In this document: in pieces, positions 38,315 to 51,896 of the stretch
How positions within the stretch are numbered: position 1 is the stretch's first letter
Layout: every line of letters begins with the position of its first letter
From: Spizellomyces punctatus DAOM BR117
Lineage: Eukaryota
Direction: 5' to 3' (one strand)
Assembly (NCBI GenBank): GCA_000182565.2
Contig: KQ257458.1
Length of the DNA: 64,000 nucleotides
Notes under the pieces: model-generated
The model's database searches: none
Told to the model about the DNA's origin: nothing
The model's input: the letters and a program-made list of their open reading frames with translations, nothing else
Program-made: the position numbers and the translations under genes

Positions 38315-38491
38315 CATACAAATCGAGTAAGCGATCGGAGAGCTGCCAACGATCTCACTGTTATAGGAATGATGTTTTTGGTTCATAAAAGGTCTCTAAG
38401 TTATTTAATTACATAGCCCACATTCCTCACAATAAAACAATGCAAAGGTCATATTTCTCCAATAGGGCGTAACGCAATAATAGGCGCAAAG

Positions 38492-41400
38492 TCAGAACAT
38501 GTCTGCAAAGATATTCAGAACGGTTTCAACTTCCTTTTTAGCCCGTTCTGACAACTCGCTCGTATCGGGTCTATATGGAACCAATTAACTATGAAAAAGA
38601 TGCGAGAACCAAAGAGCGCTCACCTCGGTAGTTGTGACATAGAGACAGCCGCTACGCCGAGAGACGGTGCAACCGATTGGGACACAGAACCACTTTCAAC
38701 CTGCTGCTCTACTTGGCCAGACTGTTGTGTCTTGGGAAGGGGTTCGGCAAAATCTTCCACTCTGAGACTAGTAATCCAAGAGCTCAAACTTTCTCGAGCC
38801 TCAGAGAATACTTTCGCGTGATTCCGGTTCTTTTGATGCTCAGTTGACCTATTTGTAGAGGCTGGACGTCCCAGTACGGTGCGACTGTTGGCATTGTCAA
38901 GTTGCTCGAGATCATGTCGAGTAACATCAAATATCGAGTTGCCGAAAACCTTTGCAGCGCTTGATGAGCTTTGGCCATCCTCCAATGCCTTAGACAACGA
39001 GTGGTGGGCTACAAATTGGTCCTGTTTGTGGCTTTCACGTAGGTCATCACCCATAAGATCGCTATCGAAACCTCTCTGGCCAGCACTGGGAGAACTCGAC
39101 ACATCCTCATCTCCGAATCCAAGGTCCGGGGATGCCGAAAGTGGGCCCTCTCCAACACTTTTCGACAATCTGGCTGGTATAGTGCTACTTTGTGTTATCC
39201 GACTATGCTGTTTGTTCAACGGACCTAGTTGCGTACGCATGTCGCCGCTTCGCGGTAAAGCTGGTTTGAAAGAATACTCGGCCAGAAGACGGCGGGATTT
39301 GGAATCTACTTGGGATGATTGCAATGAATCACTTTTGCAGCTTACTTGACCGCTTGCCGGTACCATTGCCTTGCTTGCCTTTCCACTTTGGCTGACAACT
39401 ACCGGCAAAAGGTCAATGTTCCAGCTGCATCTTGAAGTATAACTAAGATGTTTTAAGGGAACGTACCGAAACCTTCATCCTCACTAGAATCAACAACATT
39501 AGATCGTTTGACCAACTTCCGTCTCTTTGATGGTGTCTGACTGATATTATCTAAATCATGATCATCTTCTTCTCGGAAGAGCGCCGTGCCCTTCCCAGAT
39601 GTGGCTCCACTCCTCATAGCGTTTTCTACTGGGCTGCCATCAACATAATAATCTTCCTCCAACTCATCATCGGCCACAAGCCAGCCATCAAACTCGCCTT
39701 CAATCTCGGACTCATTTGATTGGGAAACACTTGTTTCGTCATCATCTGCCTCAATATCCAGAAACATCATGCCCGTAGTTGTACTGCCCCTTGGCAGCTT
39801 CGGCTTCATGACATCCTGGTTGATGACGGAAGCGCTCACAGCTTTCTGCTCTTTATTGTGCCATGGTTTACTCGTTTGCGGAGCCTGGGATTTAAAGACA
39901 TCCTTTGATCTCGGCAGCGGCACGTCCTCGTCCGATTCGTTCAACGAATCATAATTCTTCTGAGATGGGAGTCCGACGATCGGTCGATGTCTGCGCAACT
40001 GGTGTCCATAGTCTTTATTAGTATCGATGTCAATCTGTATCTCTTGCGGGGACCGTGGACTTTTGTGGTTGGGACCCTCTGCTGACTGCATCTTACGCTT
40101 TTTTGCCGTCTTCGCTGGTACACCAATTTTGCAGCATTTATGCGTGCAACTATAGGCGTGGAGCGTTACGCATGTAGATCAAGTATCAACTAGTGTGTGC
40201 ACTCACCTCTGTTTATTCTTGCATTTGTGAGCACATGGCACGTTCCCCAGGGGCAGGTTTGAATCTTGTGTCTTCTGTCTATATTGGGTATTAGGGCTTT
40301 TCCTGCTAGGGGACGGTGAGTCTGGCTCAAATACAAGAGAACCGTCGCGGCGACGAACGACGCCGCTGTCATAATTAGTTGTGTGTTTTCGAGCGGCGTC
40401 TCCTGCTGTGTTGGCTCCAGACGACGTTTCTTGCCTCAATGGGGATGGAAGCGGTGGAATATTGCTCTCATCGAAATCTGCGAGTAAGAAGAACTATGCT
40501 CAGCAAGCATATAATAATCATCAATTGAACCTGATGCCACACACCAAAGTCGTCGTCGTCCAGAATATGGTCATACAAACTTTCTTGGGTACGGAACCCA
40601 GTGGACTTGGAGCTGGGCCCGGATGCTGCTGCCGCTGCTGCAATGTTGGTGCTTTCAGTCAACGCAACAGCCTCCGATCCATCACGAGATAACCGGGAGT
40701 TGTTGTCGTCACTCCCTATAGGACGACTTAACGGGCGTGTTTGAGGGTAAGCAGAATTCTGCTGCTTCAGGCGATCTACACCGGCTTGCGACTGACGCAG
40801 ATTACGAAAGTGGATTGGCTTCACGTCAGGTGTTATCTCCTCATTCAGATCCAAACCGACTAAGTGAAGGATTAGATGTTTCCGGTAGTCGGTTCACACA
40901 TGGACCCCATTTGTTTACCAATATCTTCACTAAGAAGGGAACAAATAATCCGCTGGTTGGGGCTAGTTAGCTGGACCTTAACACGAAATGACTGGCCCTC
41001 TTGCAGCTTTTTTATCCTAATGAATATGTTAGCAGTCTACAAGATTTTAAAGCAGTAAGATCGCTTGCATGGTTGACTCACGTAAAGCGGCGATAGTCAA
41101 TAAACATATCATCGGAAGTTCCGGCAATAAAGGTCGCGGAAGATTGCCCACGTTTCCCATATGTTCGGACATTGGCACCATTTGTAAGGCCAGCGTTGAC
41201 GTAGAGCTCGACCTCGGTCGGTCGTGACAGGTCTTTGAACTACGATTGGGATGGCATTTAGATACCCACAGTGATCCGTCGCGCAACGATCTGATGACCT
41301 ACTTGCGAGATCTCTAATTTAAAGCGAGGGAAGGTAGCTGCCGACTCAAGAACCTGTACCAGAAAATACTTCTTCAAGTACCAGAAGCAAATGATAAAAA

Positions 41401-44400
41401 CATCGCCATATACCTTGTTACCGAATGGCGGGTTGCGGTTTACAGTCTACCAAACCTTCGTCATGAGTATCTTATAACCCTGTAGTACCTCAATAACAAT
41501 TCGGCTTACAAATTCCAGATGCCGAGGGTCGGTCTTCTCCAGCTTCTCGAATGTTGATATTCCGGCATTTGCAAGCATTCTTGCCAGTGACGGGCCAATG
41601 TTCTCGATTTGTTTGAGCATCAAGGGAGAATTCTCCCAAGTTTTGGCCGCCAGGCATCGGGTTCTGGGAGAGGATTATAAGAAGCAGAAAGGTTGAAACG
41701 GTGTGAGAACTTACAAATCAATGGCATTTCGAAGGGATACGAGATCCCGCTTCACTTGGCAAATCTCAACTATAACTGGAAGAAAAGGTCATAAGGGTTG
41801 GCGTTGACAAGGGTTCGACTTTCTTACATCGGGCAATCCTGCACGCCGTTTGCATTATTCCGCTGGTTTCTAGAGTAAGAGATTGTGCCGTCTTCTGTTC
41901 CGTAAACGGAATCGAGCCGAGTGCGCACTGGGACCAAACGGTTGGAAGGGGCGATGTTACCCAGTCATGGACGAACATACTTGAATAAGAATATTCACTT
42001 TGTGCTCGACATTGACCACTTTCCCCTTTATGGGGAATCTATAAAGCTCTGCATTGGCGGACCACCCAGTACAATAACGACTTGTCGATATAATACGCCT
42101 TACCGCATAGAAGGGTTTTTATTTAAAGCATTTAGGTGCCCTTTATCAGAGTGAAACCGCAAGTTGGAAAACTCTTCGGCTTTACAGAGAGTCTCTAACT
42201 GAACCACAACGCTTTTTTAATCATAAAATGGTGACGGTTTGTATGTATGCAAAATGCATACCACGTTTCTAAGTGTTGCTTTCGGTTTCATCTGTAAGGC
42301 GGTAACAGCAGTTTGGTACTTTATATAGAATTTAGCCATCGCTCTTCCATAATCTGCCAAAGGAGCATCTCAATGTCATTCTGGAATCAAGCTCAATCTG
42401 GTCAACGACTTACCAGTTGAATCAAGTCGCTTTTGATCTTCCGCCATTACCACAAGCTCGTGGCTATTCAGTAGCTGCAGATCGCGCACACAGATACCTG
42501 GATTGATTGCGTTACTACACAAGCAAATTAGACTAGTAGGTGCAATAACCGTACTCTCTAGTCTCCGTTCCGCAGAAAGCTTTCCTTCGACGGCAGAGCA
42601 GTTCTTGAGCTTATAATGAGCGGGATTATTACGCATCCTCACTGACATCAGAATTTAGTGCGACAGTCAACTGTTCAAAATCGAGAGGATATGAGTACCA
42701 TAAAGAAAGGATGATTGAAGCCTTTCACAATGATAAATATGAGCGAACAGCATATAAAGTGAAGCGGGAAGACAGGGCTATCACCATTCGATAGCAAGAT
42801 CTACGCTTTTGATTGCTCCCAGGACAACTTCCGAATTCAGGTGCTCAATGAGATTTTCATGAAGGCTAGCCACGGAGCAAGCGATATGTACTCGGTCAAC
42901 TTGGTCATTACCGAAGCTATTTGGCTTCCTACCTGCTCTCAATGATTTGCCTTCCGGTCACCATATCCTCATACTTCTTCCTGTCCTCCACTGTCGTCAT
43001 GATCACGGCAACACCGCTATCGTCAAACTAAACCACTATGGTCAAGTCTGTATGGCATTGCAAAAGCTGACGCGAACACACCTGCGGTCTACCGGCTCGA
43101 CCCAACATTTGCATGATATCCAATTCGCTATACTCAGTGTACTGATTACCCACGTATTGCTTCGTTCCCTTTATTATCACAAGATGGGCGGGCAAGTTGA
43201 CTCCAACGGCCAAGGTAGAGGTCGCACCTGCAATGTGATCAGGAAATAGGTAAAACTGTCCAGAGCTCCCATCAGGTTACTTACAGACAACTGATATGGC
43301 ACCCTTCAAGAACGACGATTCTATTAGATGACGGTCACCGTAGTTTAAGCCTGTTACAAAAGCATGAGGTGGAAACAGATAATGTAGCATTGTCTCGATT
43401 TTCCCTGACCTCCGTGATGAAAAGCAACGCCGTGCACCACGAGCTCTAAGATTGTGTGAGACATGGTCAAATCGGCCACAGTTCTGGGCTCCAGGGGGCA
43501 TAAAACTCACCAGCTAGTTTTTTATCTGACAACTTGGCTTTAATTTCTTTCAAGCGTTCTGAAATTTGTCTGGTCTTTACAAAGGGATGCATGGGCCCGT
43601 AATTTCCCGTCGCATGCATTAATTCGCTACAATGCTTTACAAGTCTGTCGGTGGCATTGATGACCGATTTGCGAGTAGCACAAAACTATTTCACATGGTT
43701 AGCCAGGAGTAAATCGAGAGAAGGGATGCTGGTATACTTTCAAACTTGATAACACATGTAGACACATACCACAAGAGTAGGCTTGTTATGGGAGTATCGT
43801 CCGATGACTTCTATAAGTCTAAAAGGTGGTCTAAGTAACGAAACAGCATACTGGGAACGGAAGATCATACTTGTAATCCAAGCTGTTCTCGAATGAAAAG
43901 TAGTTGTTATTGTTCGAATAATAACCAAACACCTCCTTTTGAAGCTGCACGGGTCGAAACTCTTCTCCAAAGACCCTACCGACCAAGGAATGATTGAGCG
44001 TCAGCGGACAGAAGGGAGTGAAAACTAGTCATACCGAACTTCAGCTGGGGAATGGTCGGGGTGCTTTAGCCACGCGGCAATATCTTGAATATTGGGTACT
44101 GTGGCAGAGAGAGCGAGAAGCCTCAGCCTGCTGGCGAAATGTGGTCTGTTCTTGCTGTCACGTTGGAGCTCCAGGTTAACAGTCTTCATTCGACTGACGA
44201 CGACTTCAAGGGTGGCACCCCTTCCGGGTTCGTTCAGACAATGACACTCATCAATCTAGCCACTGGAGTATCAGCAAAAGCTGGATTCAGCTACACGAAC
44301 GCAACAAGCAGTGTATCACACCATGATCAAGCGAAGTAATCCCATCAAGCTCTTATAGTCACGCCTAAGAGAACAGTCTTTAAGTTCAACGGATTTACAG

Positions 44401-46378
44401 AGGACTTTCGGCTAGAATGCAGTCTCAAACCATCGTCTCGTCATTGAGTCCCATTTCTCCGGGGTCGTAACACTGGAACAAACTAATTGGATACCACAAG
44501 TTCCGAGGTCGGCAGTGATTAAAGATCTTACATGATATTACTTCGTTGTATCTCATATGTTCGCAGATTGTCTGTATCTCCCGTAAGCTCGTTACCTATG
44601 CGAGAACAGTTCTTATAATTCATATCATCGTGCCCGCGAATTGCCATTCGCACATACAGCTAATTCCTAAGGTGCGAAATTTCTGCTGCCAGTCTTTTGT
44701 CCTTTCATTACATAGAGCCTGGACAGGGACTCGAAACTTTAGCAAACTATGTTCTAGCTGCATATATAGTTAATCCAACCATACCTTTGTTGGTGCCATA
44801 TACACAACTTTAGCATTATCGCCGTCAGGTTGCGAGAGCTGATGTAAAATAGCTGTAAGGTTCGCGAGTTAGTGACCGCATGCATAGGACACTCGATGCA
44901 GATCATCTCACCTAATTCCATAATACAGGTTTTGCCCGAACCAGTAGGAGCTAGCGCACTCGGAACTGTCAGAGGAGAAAAGGTACAGGGCTGTGCTGCG
45001 AAGCTTACCACTAACGACGAGATTTCTGTCCGATCTAAAAGCCTAAGATATTACGTTCACGTTAGCATTGTGTCAATACGGGCTTCTTTATTCATTATCC
45101 CACCAATTCAAAACAATGGGACTGAACAGCGTTAAAATATGGAAACGGAAACAAACTTCGAAATTTGTCCGCTGTGGAAAGAGGGATTTAATGACATCCC
45201 GTAACTCTTAGAGTTTCTAGTCAAAACCTACGCATGTCAGCCACAGGCTTTAGCGGGATCCCCGAAGCCACCGGCCCGGCAGCTCTATAATTATACGCAA
45301 GGGTACGAGCCGGATCTGACCTGCCGAAGGAAGGTGATCCACCTGCTTGAGCGAGTTGCTGTGCATTTCGCCGCGTGGGAGTATCTACAAAGTTCATTTG
45401 ATATTGGGAATGGAGAGAGCTCCGTTGCTCTTGTGCGTGCTGCGATGTCCCTTTTTGGTACGTTGGTGAGAGGTTCGGCCTTTCAGCGTTGAAGGAACGA
45501 GTCGCTGGTCCCCCTTTCCCGGGTAGGATGAGACCACTAGGGTGTTGGGTATCAAAGTCCTAGAACCATTTTAGTGGTTGCAGCGATGCCAGCACTCCAA
45601 TGTCCATCATGCTTACAGAAGCTATAGTTCCAAAATCGTCATACATTTCTAAGCGCTCGGTACCCATTTCACCTCCCATGGTAGGTTCCTGGTCTAAATT
45701 CATAAAACTAGCTGATAAAGGAAAGAGTTATAATAAAAAAACATTTTGAACTGGTCAGCAGGCTGTAGAACAGACCAGCGTCTAGAGAGATGTCAAGGTC
45801 CATGTCCCCAGTGAAATTGCCTTGCCGGGGATAGGCTGCATTGCGGTCGTACGAGTTTTGTCTCTCCGTAGCACCATGCCAGTAACTCTGACCTGGGCCG
45901 CTGCGCACAGAATATTCATACCTGGTCATGAACGTGTGCAAATTATCAATGATACAAACCCTTGCAAACCTCCCGTCGGATCAAGGGCGATACCGTCCCC
46001 GAGACCACCACGGGGTTTCCCATAGCTATCAAAATCTTGGCTCACTGATCGTCCACCTTCATGTCCAAACAAAGATTTGAATCTCTTCAATTCACTACCC
46101 CGCGGTGCTAGGGGCGAAGAGGAATCACCGATAGAAGACGCCGGCGTGGGAAAGGACCCGCTTCCTGAGTTACGCCATAGGCTTGTAGCCAGGAACGGAT
46201 TTTCAGCAGTATCTTGAATTGGCTCACTATGCTGCAGCCTAGATTTTGTTCCGCGCTCTTGTGCAGGGGTTCGATAGACATTTTGCATTGGAGTGCTTGA
46301 TGGCCACTGTGCCCTGGCGATGGATTTTCTGTCTCCTTCATTCTCCTTGGACGATGACGAACCTTTGAGTGGCCACAT
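38492..46378 (-). CDS. HFM1: Meiotic Ski2-like DNA helicase Mer3/HFM1, many exons
   Basis: [67 protein letters not shown], Sec63 region, zinc finger [16 protein letters not shown]; start codon uncertain (46378 or upstream). Confidence 0.9.
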
Positions 46379-46726
46379 GTTAATTTAATGTTTAATCCAT
46401 GCGTTGGTGAAGGGCTCGTCGGGTTAAAGATATCTGCGTAAGAAGGACCCTGGGAAAACTCAAGGACGACGATCGACATTGTTCAGCTAATCTCATTCTG
46501 CCTTATTTGGACAAATGAGATTAACACGTATAACGTAATCGGCGGAGACTGCGAAGATCGCGCAAGGCTGGTTACTGGAAACCAAACTTTTTTATTGAGT
46601 ATTTCACGCACTTTACGTACAACATCGTAGGTTACAATACATTGCCATTTACATAGCATCCAATTACTTCACTAGTTTCACCCCACGCTAGTTTCATACC
46701 AAAGTACAAATCCCTCTAAGAGAAAA

Positions 46727-47414
46727 TCACCATCCGGCAACGAAAATTACAGTAAGCAAAACAAGCACAAGGGTCACCTCAAGGTGCGGAGGAGCCTTGG
46801 AGCCAGCATCATTGGAGTTTGCACCAGCTACATTGCTGGTAGGTTCAGGAGTGAGAGTTGGCTGTTCGGTAACCGTGGCTGACGGCTCAAGAACTGCTGT
46901 CGGAAGCACCGTCAAAGGAATTGGCTTGTACGGGAGAGACTGTGTGCTGAGAGACACAGCAAAGTCTTGGCGAAGCATTTCTACAGCATTCAATATAGCG
47001 GTGACATTGGAGCTGCTTACAGGCAGCACGTTGACCAAATTCTGATATTCATTTCATTAGGAAACAAATCTGGCAAACCCAAGGGCGTGTGGGGGTACTT
47101 ACGTGAATAGCTTCGTCTAATTTGAGAGGATTGATGTACAATTGGCCTTCGAGCAATCCAACCAAGGTGGTATAGGGGCCATGTGCCTTTCTCTTCCCGG
47201 CAAAGCGGGACGAGTTCCACGCTGCCTTGAGAGCATTAAGGTCGTCCTCGAAAGGAGGGTGTTGGATGCGAGGTTCTCGTCCTGGGGCTGGGGTAGGGCT
47301 AACAGTTGTCGACAGATGATGGGTCAAATGATGAGATGTGTGTTGCCCTGAAGGACTTTCGAGTTGGGCCATGCACGGGATAACGAGAAGGAGGAGAGCA
47401 ATAATGAACCGCAT
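46727..47414 (-). CDS. Orphan secreted, probably GPI-anchored cell-surface protein, 2 exons
   Basis: Signal peptide MRFIIALLLLVIPCMA; in-frame GT-AG intron ~47044-47102; Ser/Thr/Pro stalk; small-residue stretch NSNDAGS followed by hydrophobic tail VTLVLVLLTVIFVAGW*. Confidence 0.75.
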
Positions 47415-48148
47415 GTTGAGATTTCAGATGCTTGCAAACGGTTAGAGTAGGAGGTCCTGGTAGTTCCGACAAATACTATTGCGCGGGAAGACAGAGGGGG
47501 GGCATCCTATCTTCCCTTTTTATGCACCTAGGCTTGGCGCCTACGCGCGTAAAACTGTTGCTGATGTAAAGGCTTGTTTGCGTAAATCGCGCGTTAAGCG
47601 CTGATGAAAGCACAACGAATTTCCAACAAACACGGTGGAATGCATCATCATCCCTGAAATCTGCGTGTAGCTTAGGTTAGCATAATAAGCCGTTTCCTGC
47701 CGACTGTATTACCACACCTGGTTGATGCAGATGCTGGCTCTACATGCAAAGTACCAGTGCTCACTTGTGCCGGGGAGTTTGGCAGAGGCAAACACCAAGC
47801 AAGAGTTGGAAAGAGGACAGCATTGGGACCGAAAGCCATCCAAATAGTTATGAAGGCAAAAATGTAAAATACCTTCCTAAGTTGTACAAGAATGTTATGG
47901 TTAACTCTAAATTCCAACCCCGATCACAACCCCGACCGCCATCCTAGCCTAACCCTAACGAACCCGTGATCAATGCGACAATGAATTGCTGGTCGTATAT
48001 GTACAATGGGCTTCTTTTTATGATGGCAGTTGTTCAATCATGCAATTTGGTAACGCCGTATCATACGATCATACAACCTTCGATAGATATATTATTCCAC
48101 GCAGATAACAATCATTACCCATCCCAAGCCAAAATCATCGAGATTCGA

Positions 48149-50021
48149 TCACACCAACGCTTCCGCAACACTTTTCACTCGGCGGAACTCGTCCATAATA
48201 AGAACCGGGGCGGTTCCACCTTGCGCTTTTGTCCTCAGACTATTTAATTGCTATTGGCAGAAGTGCTAATAAATATCGATTCACAAAAGCACGCCAAAAG
48301 CAGGCCAGTAGATATTAGGGACACTTACATCCGTGGCGTCTTTTAACTTTTGACATTTCATGAAATCGGCGTTGGCGATGGAGCGTGCCAGCTCTTGTTC
48401 GAGTCTCGGCACCATGTCATCAACATAGCGTGTTACATCCGCAGTCTGCCCAACAGAGCCTTCACGGCTCCTTGAGGGTGGAGGCGGCGGGGCAGCACTG
48501 AACCTCCTAGCTGGGGGAGGTGGAGGCGGACGCTTACCAAGACCCGGGCTCGACACACCGACGCTTCCCCCGAACCCATTGGAAGTAGAATCTTGGGAAG
48601 CACCAGAGGGAAAGTGCCGAGGTGGCGGCAAATCTGTACGGAAGGTCCAACGCCCATCGGTCTCATACTGTGGACCTGAACTTGTCGTACTGGCCCTACG
48701 GTCCAAGCTTGAGATACTACTAGCTGAAAATGAGGGCTTTATGGGACCATTACGTGCTGCGGCAAAGCCCGAAGCTCCTAAGGTATTTGACGACCGAAGG
48801 CCACCTGACGGAGGTGGCGGTATTGGGCGATTTCCAGGTGCTGGTGGAGCAGGCGGTCTTTCAAACATGTCCTTCACATTGGTACGAGACGGCGGCGGTG
48901 GAGGCGGGGCCCTCGTCGATCCCCCGCCAGGGGGAGGTGGAGGAGCAGGTCTCCCGGGGGCCGCATTGGTTTTGGGAAATGTACTGACCCTAGACGCAGG
49001 TGCAAGTGGTTGAGGCGTTGGCGTAGCGGCACTGCGATTCGGCACCGGAGGTGGAGGGGTTCGTCCTGGCACCGGAGGTGGAACAGCCCGCGGCATAGGT
49101 GGCGAAGTTGGTTCAGACGATCGCGGAGGTGCTGGAGGTGGGGCGGCTGATCGGGCAGGGGCTGGCGGAGGAGTTGCTCTTGCCGGTGCAGGCGGCGGTG
49201 TGCCGCGCGCCGCAGGAGCTGGAGGTCTGCCGAATGCTCCAGGTAGTGTAGGGGAAGAAGGTCCAGATTTTGGCTTGGGTGGTATTGGTCTAGGTTCGGG
49301 AGCGGAATCTACCGGGAAACATCATCAGATGACGTCGATAACCAACATAACAGTCTTCCTCAATATACCTGCGCTTCCAGGTTTCAATCCGGTTGATCTC
49401 AGCTTTGGCATTCCTCCTGCAAATAAACCACCAAGTCCTGCTGGACCTCCCATAGGAGCTCCACCACCACCGCCACCACTGCCAGATCCTGCACCAGCGC
49501 CTGGTGGTCGGGGCATTGGCGGAGATCTGCCTCCTCCTGCTCCCGGACCTGGTTTCGGAGCTAGAATGAGACCAAATTATTAGCGTTGTGGCTTTCAGGA
49601 AACGACTTTGAAAGAACTAAAGTCTCAAGGAGTATGTATACGCAAAGATGGGCAAGCGTATCTTCGAATTGCCAGTACGTGATAGTACGCAATAATTGAC
49701 AGCGAGTGAGCTGTACGTCGGTGACCAAGGGCTGGCATTTGTAATTATTCCCCCCTTCCTAAAGCTGAACGACGCCTGATAATCCCTAGAGATTCTCCCA
49801 GCCGTCCTGTTTCCCACCGTGCTCAACAGTGGTTTTCCATAACTTGCGAGGTTCACATACATACCATCCAAAAGAGGACCACTGCGGTCATTGGTTTGCA
49901 CTTTTTTCAGTTTGGCTCCTTTCTGGATAGACTTTAAGAGTGCAGTGTTTGCTGGCGGAGCTGAAGTCGCAACGGGTGGGGGAGGTGGACCTGGCGGAGG
50001 AGGTGGAGGAGGGGCTGGCAT
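48149..50021 (-). CDS. VRP1: Verprolin/WIP-family actin regulator, 4 exons
   Basis: MPAPPPPPPPGPPPP; WH2 ALLKSIQKGAKLKKVQTNDRSGP; second WH2-like GLGGLFAGGMPKLRST; poly-Pro; WASP-binding-like GRWTFRTDLPPP. Confidence 0.92.
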
Positions 50022-50343
50022 AGTGTGGCAAGTACTAAGGATATCTGTCTGGGAATGTGCACAATATTATTGCTGACGATAGCGTATCCACTGCACGGAC
50101 GTTTCTTGAATGAGCGCTTCAGGAGGAGAGTGCGATGAGAATGGCGTGAAAAGATTGGGGCAAGCTTGGCGAACCCAAACGTCAGCCTTGTTGTGAATAT
50201 TCAATGCATGTCACGTGAATGCTTAGCATCTTCAGTTGCTTTCCCTTCCTTTGCGAGTTTGAGAAATCGGTCCGCTACTCACGACATCGGCCAGGTTCTC
50301 GTTCATTTTTTCGAAGGGAGGTCGAATAGGTGAGCATCTCTTT

Positions 50344-50363
50344 CATCCATCCATCCATCCATC
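50344..50363. repeat. (CATC)5 microsatellite in the RPL32 leader intron
   Basis: catccatccatccatccatc. Confidence 0.9.
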
Positions 50364-50778
50364 ATGCATTGTTGCGGTTTGGGGTGTTTGGCAGTGTCGA
50401 CGGGAAGGGGAAGCGCATGGATTGATCCTGGTGACAGGAGACGAGAGACATGGGTAGAGGAAGTGGAATGGCACATTTGGAAATGGAGAACCCATGCTCG
50501 ACTGGTTGTACTGCCCGATGTGTACAGACAAGAGACATGCCGGGAAGACGTGTGACAGGCCTACTGATAAACTGGCTGAGGACATGGCGTCAGTCGATCT
50601 GCAGAATGCAATTTGGCGGGGCGGCAAAGATTTGGTGGTGTCTAGAGTGGCCATTGCGAGGAGACTACACTGAATTGATGGACAGAGGGACAATGGGACA
50701 GAGGCTACTGCTGATGGACTAGCATAACGGTGCGGAACAATCACTGATTGGATTCTTCCGCATTTTCAGTAGGTCAAA

Positions 50779-51338
50779 ATGGTTGCCCCTTTGGTCAAGC
50801 GCCCCATCATCAAGAAGCGCACAAAGAAGTTCAAGCGCCATCAATCTGACCGTTACAAGAAGATTGACGTACGTTCTTGTCGAAGCCAACCACTTCAATG
50901 TGATTGGAATCTAACCAGCGATTTGGATGCATATGATAGGAATCATGGAGGAAGCCCAAGGGTATTGATAACCGTGTGCGTAGGAGGTTCAAGGGCCAGA
51001 TTCCCATGCCCAAGATTGGATATGGTTCCAACTCCAAGACCCGCCATCTCCTCCCCAACGGCTTCAAGAAGTTCCTTGTCAACAACGTGAACGACCTTGA
51101 GCTCCTCCTCATGCACAACCGTGTCTACGCAGCTGAGATTGCCCACAACGTCTCTGCAAAGAAGCGGGTTGCTATCGTCGAGCGCGCCGCTCAGTTGAAC
51201 GTAAAGGTCACCAACGCCGCTGGTCGTCTGCGCACTGCTGTAAGTACCATAAACCTTTCACTTGGCGGCAATGCGTTAGATTTCTGATGGATGTTCTGTT
51301 TGCGATTCCTTTCTTGTCATAAATAGGAGAACGAATAA
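50779..51338 (+). CDS. RPL32: 60S ribosomal protein eL32, 3 coding exons plus a probable 5'UTR intron
   Basis: [17 protein letters not shown]..|[40 protein letters not shown]. Confidence 0.98.
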
Positions 51339-51896
51339 ATGTCTCGCAATGTGTAATATATGCTTTTCTTTTTACTACTTATTTGCGGTCTGATGATTTT
51401 TGTGCTGAGTGGGGGTTTTCCCGTGTCCTCTATGGCGGGCAAAACGGTGTATGGGTTTTCAATTGGTGCTATTACGTTCCATTCTTAAGAGTTCAAATGG
51501 ACACCAACTTATGCATCGGGCGCACAAAGAGATTTACGTTTGCATTGCTTTCATCGGTGATTATCGTCTGTGTTAGTGCGCGCACATCTGATACTTGGCC
51601 GACTGTGAATATCAGTCTCTCTGTGGACGATCCAACTCATGGCTTGGAGAGTAGATGACAAGGGTATCCAACTACATTATTGGTACACAGTGTGCTAGAG
51701 GATAGCGCACTTTGGCGCATAACGCAGTGGATTCGAGTTTATATTCAAACCCAATGTCTTAGGGCCATGATGCTGTCAAATCTACTTCTGTAAAGCCGCT
51801 CCCACTACTAATTATTCAAGTTAAACACCCAAAAAATAACTCCCTGCCCATAAAGATGTTCCTGAGATGTCTCTGCTGCGGATACAATGGACTATA

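Noticed and set aside
48008-48139. Apparent telomerase-like pseudoknot (GGCTT/AAGCC and ATGAT/ATCAT with U- and A-rich loops)
   Set aside because: Stems are only 5 bp and are separated by ~100 nt where an H-type pseudoknot needs 0-1 nt; likely chance
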